Source: Phoronis australis
Lineage: Eukaryota > Animalia > Phoronida
NCBI GenBank assembly: GCA_002633005.1
Contig: NMRA01000224.1
Span: forward strand, 392,769 to 456,768
Direction of reading: 5' to 3'
DNA: 64,000 nt
The notes under the pieces are model-generated. The model did not search any database, was not told the DNA's origin, and was given only the letters and a program-made list of their open reading frames with translations. A program made the translations under genes and the position numbers. Below, piece after piece: positions 39,501 to 49,249 of this stretch; the stretch's first letter is position 1, and each line of letters opens with the position of its first letter.

Positions 39501-42500
39501 TGCTTCGTAGTTGCCGGTAGGTGGAGTCCAAAATACTTCCACCTTAGTGTTGTGTGATCGCAGTTGTATCAGATTTGCTTTGTCTAACACTAAATAGAAT
39601 GGCACAAGTTGAAGAAATGTGCGTATGACAGGACTCACACGCACGTCTTTACCTTAATATTCGCTTTTAACATACTTTGCATTAACCAAACATCTAAAAT
39701 ACCACAAACAACAAAACGGATCGAATGCTTCTAGAACGACATAAGCACGTAACCAATGCACGCCATTGATTACTAGTTTGGACATGGAATCCAGCGCTAC
39801 GGCCATCATCGTGTCCCGACTTCTTGGTAAAAACGCTCAAGATATATCGCGTGCCTGCAATGAGCTGATCGCACTTCCCTGCCCCAGTTTCAACACCATC
39901 CTCACTTCCAATTTTACCACCACTTTCGCAGCGCAGAAGATACCCTTCAAATCCACCAGAAACATTTTTCCAAGTCACGTGTATCGCGTTGCTTGTCGTA
40001 ACTATTACCGTGATATTAGTTACCACGTCTAGTTCTGTAATTCAACCGAAAGCACTCTTACAAGGAGGTTCATAATGATCAAGGGAATACTGTGTTACAA
40101 GGAGGTTCATAATGATCAAGGGAATACTGTGTTACAAGGAGGTTCATAGTGATCAAGGGAATATTGTGTTACAAAGAGGTCATAGTGGTCAAGGGAATAC
40201 TGTGTTACAAGGAGGTTCATAATGGTCAAGGGAATACTATCGGTACGCCGAGTTCACGCTGCCCTACGCGCTGGCCGACGTGGACTACTCCGATCGTCCA
40301 CGCAGCAATCTTTTTTCACGAGAGCACAACATAATTTTGGCACACTTGCTACGGTACAATACGCAACTCTACTGAGCCTCGATGTGAAATCCTTCAGTAA
40401 AGTCAAAGCATGAAGAAAAGTGGTACGCACCGCTCAGTTCTGCTGACGACGTTTAGGATCGATTCGTGATTGTGCAGCCACACTTGTCCGCATGAAACTT
40501 AAAAGAGACCCAAACATGCCTTTTGTCCCTCCTATCTCATATTTAAGCCACCAAAATTGTGAAAACAGGAATGCGTTCGGTACACTGCGATACTATAGCT
40601 TGTATATACGTCGAAAAAATGTTCACTTTTGGAGCTGAAACATTGAATTGAAACCCACAATCTAAGGCTATAATCTCACCGACCACAGTGGACGAATTTT
40701 GCCAGAACAGGCCAGTAAGCTGCCGGCCATATTCCCAGAGGCATTTTATTCACATTGTTACCGTTTTTGCCTTGTTTTTTATCGGTTCATTTCTGAACTG
40801 TTCCATGGTCTGCAGATTGGCTATCGGTACTGGCACTCATGACGATATTGATTTGGGTTGGGTCTGCCAAGCGTTCGTGACACGAAATGACAGAAGGTTG
40901 TTAAGTGGTAGTCTAGCTTACGAATAAGTGTAAAAACCTGGTTTAACCAGTATAGTGAAAGTACTATATGGCAGAATATGGCGTGTTTTTCAAAATAAAG
41001 TTTATTTAGTAAAATGCATTATACGTTGTGAACACTGTTAAGTGTTTTTCTATTCCCACTTAGTATGTTGAACAATTATCGGTGGCTGAGTTTGCTCAGT
41101 TATATAAATTCAGTGTTTGTAATATTACATATTCAAAAATCTACCCTTTTGCTTGGACCCCCTTCGTAAAAAGCTGGATCCGCCTTTGCAATTTCACAGA
41201 TAATCTTGTCGCTCAACCGGCTCGAGCACCATTCTTTACCTCATGTAACAACAAGAAGAAGCGCACAACAACAAGATATCGCCGCCATGATGCAAATAAG
41301 TCCATAATGCATATATGGGTTAAATAGGTTATCGTATATTCATAGGAATACTACTGCGATATCCAATCTCGAATTCATTTCATTTTGATCTCGTTGGAAC
41401 ACTCACTGATGAGAGGAATTCATGATAGGCTATAGGAGTAGTTTTCCTATGTATATATCTATATACAGAATTTGTTGAATACACGACACTTTTCATTTTT
41501 CACGGTCTTTATTCCGTTGCGTTCATACTTTCTGAACAAAACTCTACTCTCTACTGAACATAGATACAGTAACTGACCTAGCGACATAATTAAAAAGACA
41601 CACGATATTTCGAAACATACTTGTTTCATTCTCAAGTGAAGATAAAATGACGCAGTAATGCCACCACAGAGTATAAGCTGACGACACACACAGTGAGACA
41701 CGGCGGGTGTGAAATACTGCAAAGAATGACTAAAGAATTAGGGTAACAGGAAAGTCACGCAAACAAGTGTAACGTGCGGCGCGACCCTGTTTGCTGCTCA
41801 TTCAAAATNATATTGCACAGGTCCTTTTGGATATAGAATGCGGTACGTACTAGTCCTTGTCTGTGAATTTTCAAGTGTCTCGGTAACATTTGCCCATCCT
41901 TCTTTGGTTGTCGTAACAAGTACCTTGTATTGGTGACCGCGAGAAAGGTGTGGACACTTCCGCACAAAGCCTACCGCGCTTTTGTCCACTGTGCCTATAA
42001 ATGTGACGCCTCCTGTAGCCCGGCATTCAAAGATCAACTTCTCCCAGTCACCATCTGGATTTTTCCATTGGAAGGTCAGCTTTGCTGGTTGAGGGACGCC
42101 TACCATTTTTAAGTCGGTCACAGGATTCAAATCTAAAGAAACGTCGCCAGTTGTGCCAAGTTTTCATATTTCAACACCATTTCATATATAATGCAATCCT
42201 TAACTTGAATAGAAAACTAAGCATTATGTTTCATACACTAAACGTGTTTCATGGATAGCAAACACTACAGTGATCCATTATCCACTAGCTCATCAACAGT
42301 TAATCACGTACTCCGCTGCACATGTACAAGATTACGGCATAGCCCCACTAACAACTGGGAGGGGGGGGGGGTCATTGCGATGCGTTAGCTGAATAGCGTG
42401 TTTAGTCTTTCGAAATTCTTCATCCTAAACTTAAAAGATGTATTTAAACACAATTTAGCAAAATCTAAACGATTCATCTGCTACTTAACCGCACCAAACA

Positions 42501-45500
42501 CAGTGTTACATTACCACGCTCACCCAAGCCTGATTTCACCGAATGAGCCCGCAACCCAAAGACACAGGTTGTCTGTATGTACGCCATTTTGGAATGTGCA
42601 AGCTTATGATTAACCAATCCAAAAATCGTGGAAGGGTTTCCTTGAATTTCTGACTGTTTTTGACATTCACCTTGGCAAAGCAAAAATATTTATCGTTATT
42701 GATACTTTGCGCATTTGACGTGTGTTTCCTGATCAGTGATTCTTGTTTGAAGGTATTCGATTCCAATCCCAGTGATTCGCTTTCCTCTTTGAAGCCTTAC
42801 TGTGATTGCTTATGCTTTTCCCACGGTTGACTTAGACAATCACTTCGAAAACTGAATTTCAAGTATCGTTAGAGTTCACACACAACGGTGTTACTGCTAC
42901 ACATACATACATACATACATACATACATACATACATACATACATACATACATACATGCATAGTACACGACACAATGCAGTGACACTGGTTGTTTTGGTTT
43001 CTGGTGAAACAAATTTATGTCATAATTATTTATTTACTGAAAAATGGGGGAATGCTGCCTGATCCCACTAATAGCCTTGGTGTAAAGTTGTATACTAAAT
43101 ATACAACTTGGCACCGATTTGGGAAAACTGACCAAATAAAATGGGACACAAAATTAATGTCATTAAAAATACGCTCTCTCCTGAGTAAACTAAATTGTTT
43201 ACCGGTGTTGGAAAAATTGGAGTTCTAACGTTATTCTGCTGCTAAAATTGTGGTGCGATCTTTTACGTCGAGTGTTGGAGTCATGAAATATTGCGTCACC
43301 TATTGGGTAATTTCTTTTTCCCCATATTCTTCGATCAACTGTTCTCCTCTTCCACAAGGTTGCGTACATGTCATAAGAAATTACCGGAACTGGTTTCATT
43401 TCGTTACAAGTTTTTTGTAGTTCTTCAGTTAAAATACCAGAAAACCGAATTTCAAAACAAATTTTGCTGATGCAAAGCCGCCATTATCTACCGAGAGATG
43501 TCGCAAAATTTAGGAAATGGCGCGGGCGCGGGCACGTGTCACGAGCGTATTGTTTTCAAAACGACAACATACTTTTCTTTGTTACACAAGGCGGAGAATT
43601 ACGCAAGAAAATGACGCTTATTCTAGGTTATTTGCACTTAAACGGCTGTAACGGACAAGATGTCAGATTTTGCATGCACCCCCACCTGTCTTTAGCTGTA
43701 CATGTTGTACATGTAGGTGGCGAGGAGAACTACCCGAGCCGTGAGCAATTTCGAGGTCTGTCGGAGCTCAGCAGCCAGTGGTACCAAGCTGTATTTTGAC
43801 AATAGTCTTCATACAGCTAGCTGGCTGACTGGGTTTGCTCGAAACTGAGTGCGGGTTTCCTCAAGATTTTGCGTTACTTGTCAGGCTATAGCGACACGGG
43901 AAATTGCACGTAGATAGTCGTCAAGCACTAACACGATGCATACTCTGCGAAGGCTAAGTGTAAAGGCGTCGAGCACTCCTGAATTTTGTAGATTTTTTAC
44001 ATGTAGACGCAACCATATTCTGAAACTTCTTTTGTTGCTGTTACCGAGGCCAAGCCTCACAAGGGAGACAGTTTCTTTGTGAAGTGACAGATTTTTGCTG
44101 AATATACGGTTGTGCCTAAATTGAGGATTGAATATTTAATGCATGCCCGCGAACGCTGTGATTTTTCAAGTGGTGAATACTTGAACAACAGTGCAAGCCA
44201 CTGTGAAGGCCCTAATTAAGTTAAGTTTTCGTTTGATTGCCTTTTCTCAAATGGTAGAATTAAACATATCACACGCAGCTACACTGTGTGACTGAGGTAT
44301 AGTTTACAATCCGAACTGTCTTTATAAGCTGTTTAAATGCAGTACTTAACACTTATTGTAGTCCACGGTTGCTGTGGTACATACATGTTAGCTTTCTTAG
44401 AAGCCGTCAGTGTGAAAGAAGATTGGCACACTCAACAGATTGCTGAAAATAACAACCACATCAAGATTCTACAAGACGTTTCAAGGCCAAGTAACAATAG
44501 TATTTTATGTCATGCAAATGCTTCAGGCAGCCTGTTGTTATGGTTAACATTTTACTTAGCAACCACTGCTAAGGAGTGACAATTTGGGCAGAATTTGCAA
44601 AACGGTATAGTTGCACGTTTGCAACTGAATGGAGCGTTTTTAAACAATACATACATTTGTGCGAAGTTGGCAGCAACGGTAATAATATTTTCAAATAACC
44701 GTTGCTAAGAAGTATGTCCGACAGTTGTTCATCCTTTGTATCAAATGATGAACGTTGACAAATGGGGCAGCTTTTCATTTGTTTACTATGCATAAATGTT
44801 CCATGTAACCCGCAAGTATGGTTAAATGTGGCTAGCAGGTTACACGTACTTAGCAAACTCTGCTAAGGAGCAAATAAATTTTTGGCAAAATTCACTTAAA
44901 GCAGCATTCTTCCCGTTTCGCTGGCTAAAGAAATAAAAATCATTTTTTTACTTTTATCAACCCGATCTCATAAAACGGCTTTCCATGATGATATTCTGTT
45001 TACCCGGGGTCATTTTTCAATGTTGAAAATTACCCCCAAATCACTTTTGAACTGAAAAGTGGCAATTTTAACGTTTAAACTTGACCCGACCAGTTAAATA
45101 ACAACCTTCCTCGTGTGAAAAAGTGACCACTAATTCTGACCCCTGGCTTTGACGTTTGTTGGAGCAATGAGCTAAATACATACACGCAGCTCATGGGTCG
45201 GAGGATGCTTTACAGAGGAGTCGCACTGTCACACTCAGCAGCAAAATGTTTGGGTGGCCACTCGTAGCTATACGTGTTCACAAGATTTTGAAAAGTCTTC
45301 GGATAGGCCCTACGGGATTTGTTTCTCCTCAGCCTCTTCTTACGGGCAGTTCGTCTTCCTGTTGCTGGGTACACCTCTAAAATCAACCATCTGGATACAT
45401 CTATACAAGTTATTCCGTAATGCTAGGGACCGAAATGAATAAATTCTTCGTGCATGAATAAAAATAAAAGTAAAAGAGCAAAAATAGAGACTATTTATTG

Positions 45501-46904
45501 TGACGCCTATTACTGGTGGGAATGTGAACTTTTGGAATACCCTGGGATTACTGCTGGGATGACAAAAAATTGGGACATATTAGACCCCCTGTTCGTGCAA
45601 ATGGAGCTGAATAAAACCTTCTTCCAGCAATTTTTTTTGACAAAGATGCGGTCCCACGGGCATCACATAATCTGCCAGTGGATATGTGGTAACGGCTGTC
45701 GTAGAGACAAGCAGGAGTGAGTTCGCCGCGACCGCGAACAAGTTGCCGAAAGTCAGCGTCGAGTTTTCCACGAGGGATTCCATCGAGTTACGGAACCCCT
45801 CCTCGTTGGCTACGCGCCCGCGTTACTATACTTTTCTGTCTTTCGACCGAGAAGCAGATTTAGAAGAGTGAGAGCCCTAAAGTTAGGAAGCTGATGAGGC
45901 CCCTCACCATTGCCTGACCCCATCACAATCCTCAGAATCGTAACTGTCGGCGCATTTTTGTCCTCACCTTTTTACCTCCGGTCAACCCTTCTATTTATTT
46001 ACTGTATTCGACGTTAGCGTCAATGCTGCGTCCCATTTCCCGGAGGATCCCCATTCACCCAACATGTGGGTCCCATTGGACGTTGTGCCCTGTACCTTAA
46101 AATCCACTCCTGTAAAGCTTTGGCAAACTGGAAATCTATGGGACCAATTTTCATACGTAAAATTTAGTGAGGCCGGAGACTTTAGGCAATTGGAAAGTAC
46201 CACTCAGTGGGAATGCCTCGGGATTTTGGAAGAGGTGGCCCAAACTTGAGCACAATTAAAGCTTGGGCTACAAACGAAACTGTTGAGAAAATGGCCCCTA
46301 CTGACACATTCTCGACGGGGTGGCACGTTTTCAAAAGCGGCGATGGACCAAAATTTAACGTTGGAAGGTGGCCGGGGTCATTTTTCAACGTAGAAAAGTG
46401 GCCCAGGTCATTTTTTCACAGGACGGGCTCTTTCGGCAACAATTCAAGATCGTATGAGTGCGGAAATGTTTCTTAATCCCCAAAACGCTTCGGCTTAGAC
46501 TTCAATATAAATCGTTGAGCAGCCGCGAAATGCCCTTTTACTACTATCACTAGACAGAGAACTCCCTCAGCCCACTGTTTCGCTTGGAGTTGCCTTTGGT
46601 GCTATTCAATTAATAGAACACTTACTAGTTCGTGTTGTATCGTCTGTGAGACTTTCTACTGCGCTTAATTGACCGAACAGTGTTGTTACATCGATATGGT
46701 ATTCACTACCAGGTTTAAGCCCATTGCAGGTGTCCTCGGAAGTACATGTAGTTGCGCTCAGAGTCTGCGAACTGTAGGTCGTGGCATTGGCCTCATAGCA
46801 TTTGACTTGATAACCATCTTTATTTCCCGCTGCGAGATCCCACGTTACTACAAGTGTAGTGTTTGACCTCTGAGTCACGCGTATGTTCGTCACTTTGGCT
46901 GGGG
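8457..46904 (-). CDS. Multi-exon gene (5'-incomplete): tandem FN3 ectodomain (>=10 domains) + TM + disordered basic cytoplasmic tail; possibly a recent pseudogene or disrupted allele
   Basis: Ten exons each encode one FN3 fold (W in strand B, Y in strand C, L-x-P-G-x-x-Y before strand F). All have AG/GT ends in phase 1 and splice in frame to a terminal TM exon. Confidence 0.85.
10003..10263 (-). CDS. FN3 exon (membrane-proximal), 261 nt
   Basis: ttttcAG|...|GTtcgt; SITARWTQARGNKDGYIMVC...ATCTQLMADTPYNITIQT. Confidence 0.85.
11769..12032 (-). CDS. FN3 exon, 264 nt
   Basis: catttcAG|...|GTaagt; AIHVSWTHAQGYRDGYILKC...GTCSPTTPGSIYTITVTT. Confidence 0.9.
12369..13013 (+). mobile_element. Solo LTR (645 bp)
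   Basis: TGTAAC...GTTACA termini, 4-bp TSD TTAG on both sides, AATAAA near 12907. Confidence 0.85.
13958..15012. mobile_element. TGTGA...TCACA element with long imperfect terminal inverted repeats (solo LTR or Ginger-like)
   Basis: ~13970-14030 (ttatgacatgggcaaaacctcttagaaattttgtcaa) is the reverse complement of ~14938-14998; no TSD recognised. Confidence 0.5.
15170..16200 (+). mobile_element. Degraded LINE ORF2 3' fragment
   Basis: Broken frames read LADKAGKAIF...KLFDEKVLPIMLYGSEICG...FARFRCSA, typical of non-LTR RT C-terminal regions. Confidence 0.65.
18860..19350. repeat. Foldback / inverted duplication
   Basis: ~18905-19031 is the reverse complement of 19191-~19315, near-perfect next to the ~160-bp loop. 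Confidence 0.9.
20066..20335 (-). CDS. FN3 exon, 270 nt
   Basis: ctcacAG|...|GTaagc; LMVTWQHADGDKDRYTLQC...ANCTGLVPATAHSVKVIT. Confidence 0.88.
21086..21364 (-). CDS. FN3 exon, 279 nt
   Basis: tttgcAG|...|GTaagc; LEVRWTEAFGDKENYLVQC...ATCVGLTPGSWYTVRIT. Confidence 0.9.
21373..23975. mobile_element. Copy of the 46962-48231 TIR element, with nested LINE fragment and tandem duplication of its right ~520 bp
   Basis: 21378-21900 aligns by eye to 46975-47350; 22935-23456 and 23457-23975 are near-identical and match 47760-48230. Confidence 0.75.
21945..22620 (-). mobile_element. Tx1/L1-type LINE 3' fragment
   Basis: LRWFQFRLIHGIIGCNEFLYKIG...LCTFCLSEIESIVHV is a zf-RVT-like CCHC region; T-run (A-rich tail) near 21941-21951. 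Confidence 0.75.
24862..25973. repeat. 21-bp minisatellite, ~53 copies
   Basis: Unit GGTATGGGTACNCACTCAACA. Confidence 0.97.
26695..27200 (+). repeat. Dispersed ~500-bp repeat (inverted copy at ~38195-38690)
   Basis: e.g. cacactcaagtacttgaagaatcagac...tttcccacttagcgaactttcgtcggctttgaggccgtatgaactcgacccacttgcat is shared in reverse complement. Confidence 0.85.
27290..27480 (-). mobile_element. Decayed THAP-domain fragment (DNA transposon relic)
   Basis: RCVCGGFSNSNLTENVFVLKFPK resembles the THAP N-terminal C-x4-C...FP motif; stop follows. Confidence 0.45.
27709..27978 (-). CDS. FN3 exon, 270 nt
   Basis: attgcAG|...|GTaagc; IHVTWKHALGKKDKYKLTC...GACRGLSPGMQYNTFVTT. Confidence 0.9.
28192..29668 (+). 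mobile_element. Kolobok-like element with THAP remnant
   Basis: TIR AGGAGAATGCCACCC, TTAA TSD on both sides (28188-28191, 29669-29672); ORF 28346-28561 CIVLSCPN...SFFRLP...KRW. Confidence 0.8.
30780..31074 (-). pseudogene. FN3 exon with internal frameshift (295 nt = 3n+1)
   Basis: ctgcAG|...|GTgagt. First half reads PEPPTSVKVDVETESMTVTWKPP...YIITY; second half RSVTFESLIPGENYIVIVSS is in another frame, with the junction near 30900-30925. Confidence 0.8.
31841..36463. mobile_element. ISL2EU/PIF-Harbinger-like DNA transposon, 4.6 kb
   Basis: Perfect 68-bp TIRs (31841-31908 / 36396-36463), 2-bp AT TSD, THAP exon near the left end and a convergent ORF near the right end. Confidence 0.75.
31971..32172 (+). 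CDS. THAP zinc-finger exon (transposase N-terminus)
   Basis: MPYYCCVPGC...HKFPKD...AW...W.P....VCSKHF, a complete C2CH THAP signature, followed by G|GTAAG donor. Confidence 0.85.
38195..38690 (-). repeat. Inverted copy of the 26695-27200 repeat
   Basis: Direct visual alignment in reverse complement. Confidence 0.85.
39329..39589 (-). CDS. FN3 exon, 261 nt
   Basis: tatttAG|...|GTaggt; VEVFWTPPTGNYEAYEVIC...ETCRNLTSGVTYDVYVTT. Confidence 0.9.
39774..40034 (-). CDS. FN3 exon, 261 nt
   Basis: ttacAG|...|GTaatc; IHVTWKNVSGGFEGYLLRC...GKCDQLIAGTRYILSVFT. Confidence 0.88.
40058..40238. repeat. 37-bp tandem repeat, ~5 copies
   Basis: Unit TACAAGGAGGTTCATAATGATCAAGGGAATACTGTGT. Confidence 0.95.
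41851..42132 (-). CDS. FN3 exon, 282 nt
   Basis: ttctttAG|...|GTacgt; LTFQWKNPDGDWEKLIFEC...RKCPHLSRGHQYKVLVTT. Confidence 0.88.
42898..42960. repeat. (TACA)n microsatellite
   Basis: Direct reading. Confidence 0.97.
46626..46904 (-). CDS. FN3 exon, 279 nt
   Basis: tttccaaAG|...|GTaagt; LVVTWDLAAGNKDGYQVKC...DTCNGLKPGSEYHIDVTT. Confidence 0.88.
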
Positions 46905-46961
46905 CTTTGGAAACATGTTTCAAGAGTTAAAACAATCATTCAGTTTGCGCCCTTCCGTTAA

Positions 46962-48231
46962 GGATATCTCAAACCTTATTCATAAATATTGACCATTTTA
47001 CAATATTTCACATATGCCTAGCGAAATAGTTTATCATCATTCTCGGGGAACTTCAAATACGAAATTTGTACCGTCAAGCGAGAAGAAAAATTTAGCAGAA
47101 CCACCTTGGTACCACACAACTGCTTAAATATGTTTGCTACTTTTTCGCGGTTAAAGGTTACGCTCTGTCATTGAAATCGAATCTTCTGCCAGGCAAAGAG
47201 CAGCGCCATATGTGTGTCTGCATGCATACGACCATAACAAATGCTATTAGATCGCATCACGCCCTGTGTGTTCACGAACACAGCAAGTTGTGAAAACAGA
47301 CAATTCCTCACCTAAATCCCATAATTTGAGAGGTAATTTGACATTTTGCTGTCTCGATCTCAAGCTCACGACGTGCATTAAACACCGACTTGATTTCTGT
47401 TGTATATTTCGTACTTGTGTTTCATACCAGTCCCTCGGCACGCAGTGTTTGTAACAGTGAACTGTTGGCCTACTTTGAAGTGTTTCACAATGCACCAGAT
47501 TGACCCACGTAATATGTTGGCTCAATCCGCATGACCTAGTTGGACTCGATGCATTGGAAATCGATTTCGTTGATTAATCATTTTTGTGATAATTACGTAC
47601 TGAAAATTCATTTGACAATGCACGTGAAATAACGAATATGGTTGAGGCATGTATAGGTTATACTGACCGAAAACAAGTTTTCACATTAATTAACCGAAGA
47701 CCTCGAGATTTTCACCTCTCATAACTTAATCGGCCTTTTCTCGGCTTCGGCAAATCGAAAACGGATCTGTGGATTTCGCTAAAACTGACCAAACTTAATA
47801 TTTATTCATCAATCTCACAAACACAGTTAAAGGTTTTAATAAAATGTCCCAGATTTTACGTAATGTAACAAATATCTTACGTTTTGCGAATTGATTTGTC
47901 ATAAAAACCAAACGAACAGACTAATTGAAAATTCCTAGCAGCGGTTTTGAGGTAACTGGTGAAATTTTCATTTAAACAAGTTTTATTGAGATCAACTGAG
48001 GGGTCATTTTGCTATGAATGTACCTTTCTTAGAAATCAAAATTTGATTTAAAACGATGGTAACGTAATAATAATAACGGTGCACAAATATGAAACATATA
48101 TGACACATATTTTTATATTACCTGATCTTTTTCTGTCAGAAAATGTATACTTTTACTAGTTGACAAAGCCTAGTTTCTTGATATACGAGTTAGACTAGAT
48201 CAGAGGCCACTAAATAAGGTTTGAGATAACC
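46962..48231. mobile_element. Non-autonomous TTAA-target (Kolobok-like) element
   Basis: TIR GG(A/T)TATCTCAAACCTTATT, TTAA TSD (46958-46961, 48232-48235). The paralogous flank near 54870 lacks the insertion. Confidence 0.8.
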
Positions 48232-49249
48232 TTAAGTGATCTTGTCAACTAGTTGTAAGCCTAGCATCTAGCCCAGTATACATGTATCACTGTGTGACAG
48301 AAATGTGGTTCTGAAGCATAGAATGAATGGAAAGGATGAAAAGGATACTGAGCGATGATAGCATAACTCCTAGTTTTGCCACACAGTGAATCTGACATAA
48401 TTCCCAAAAAGTTTAGTTGGTTCTGATCTGTTTCATTTTGAATATCGAGACGAGGAAAAATGCAATATATTTTCACTCATCATTAGGCAAAACGTGGCGT
48501 TTTAAACTTGGCTCACTCTTACGTGCCTTTCAAGCAAGCACGATACAAATGGCTAAAATTGATGTGGGCAAGCGGTTTTGTACCTATAAATCAAATTCCA
48601 AAAAGTTCCCACGTCTACACTTGCACATTTTTTAAAAAAGGTGTTTTTGTTGCACAAAATATGATGCACATTCCTGCCACTTGTGGCGCTTTTCTATTGA
48701 ATTGACCAATCAGAGAGCCAGATTGTATTGTTGTGCTTAGTTACTTCAATATGGCTGCTCCCATGGAGTGTGATGCCTGTATAATTCAAGGTTTATCAAA
48801 CAGCACAAAGTTGTGATGTCAGAGCCTAAAGAAGCTTAGGAAATCTTCTTGACTAAAGCTGATGGAGTGTGGAACTCTGTAGATCAGTAGATCAAAAAGA
48901 AGAAGAGGTGTCACGAACGTTTGTGCAGAAAACAGCTGCATGTCCTGGTGTAGCCTACACAGTATACTACTGTGTGTTGTAGACTAGAAGACCAAGTGTC
49001 AGACCAAAAAAATGAAAGGACATAGAACGGCATAGCAACGTTTCAAGGCACCAACAGTAGTACTAACGCTGAAGTTGCTGAAAGTGATACAGATGTTATC
49101 TAAAATTTCCCAAGAAAATCAATTATACTTCCAAAATCTGAAACACCCAATTAACCTTAACAAGATAGGAACATTCTGAAACCTGAGTGCATCATTTGTT
49201 AGCAGGAAAAGTATACTATATTTCAAGAAAGAGAAAGAAGTATAGCTTT

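Noticed and set aside
40058-40238. 37-bp repeats as a CRISPR array
   Set aside because: Head-to-tail units with no unique spacers, no cas genes, eukaryotic context.
8457-46904. Assigning a gene symbol such as PTPRB, PTPRJ, Ptp10D or tenascin
   Set aside because: No phosphatase, EGF or fibrinogen domain is visible and the 5' end is missing, so orthology cannot be established.
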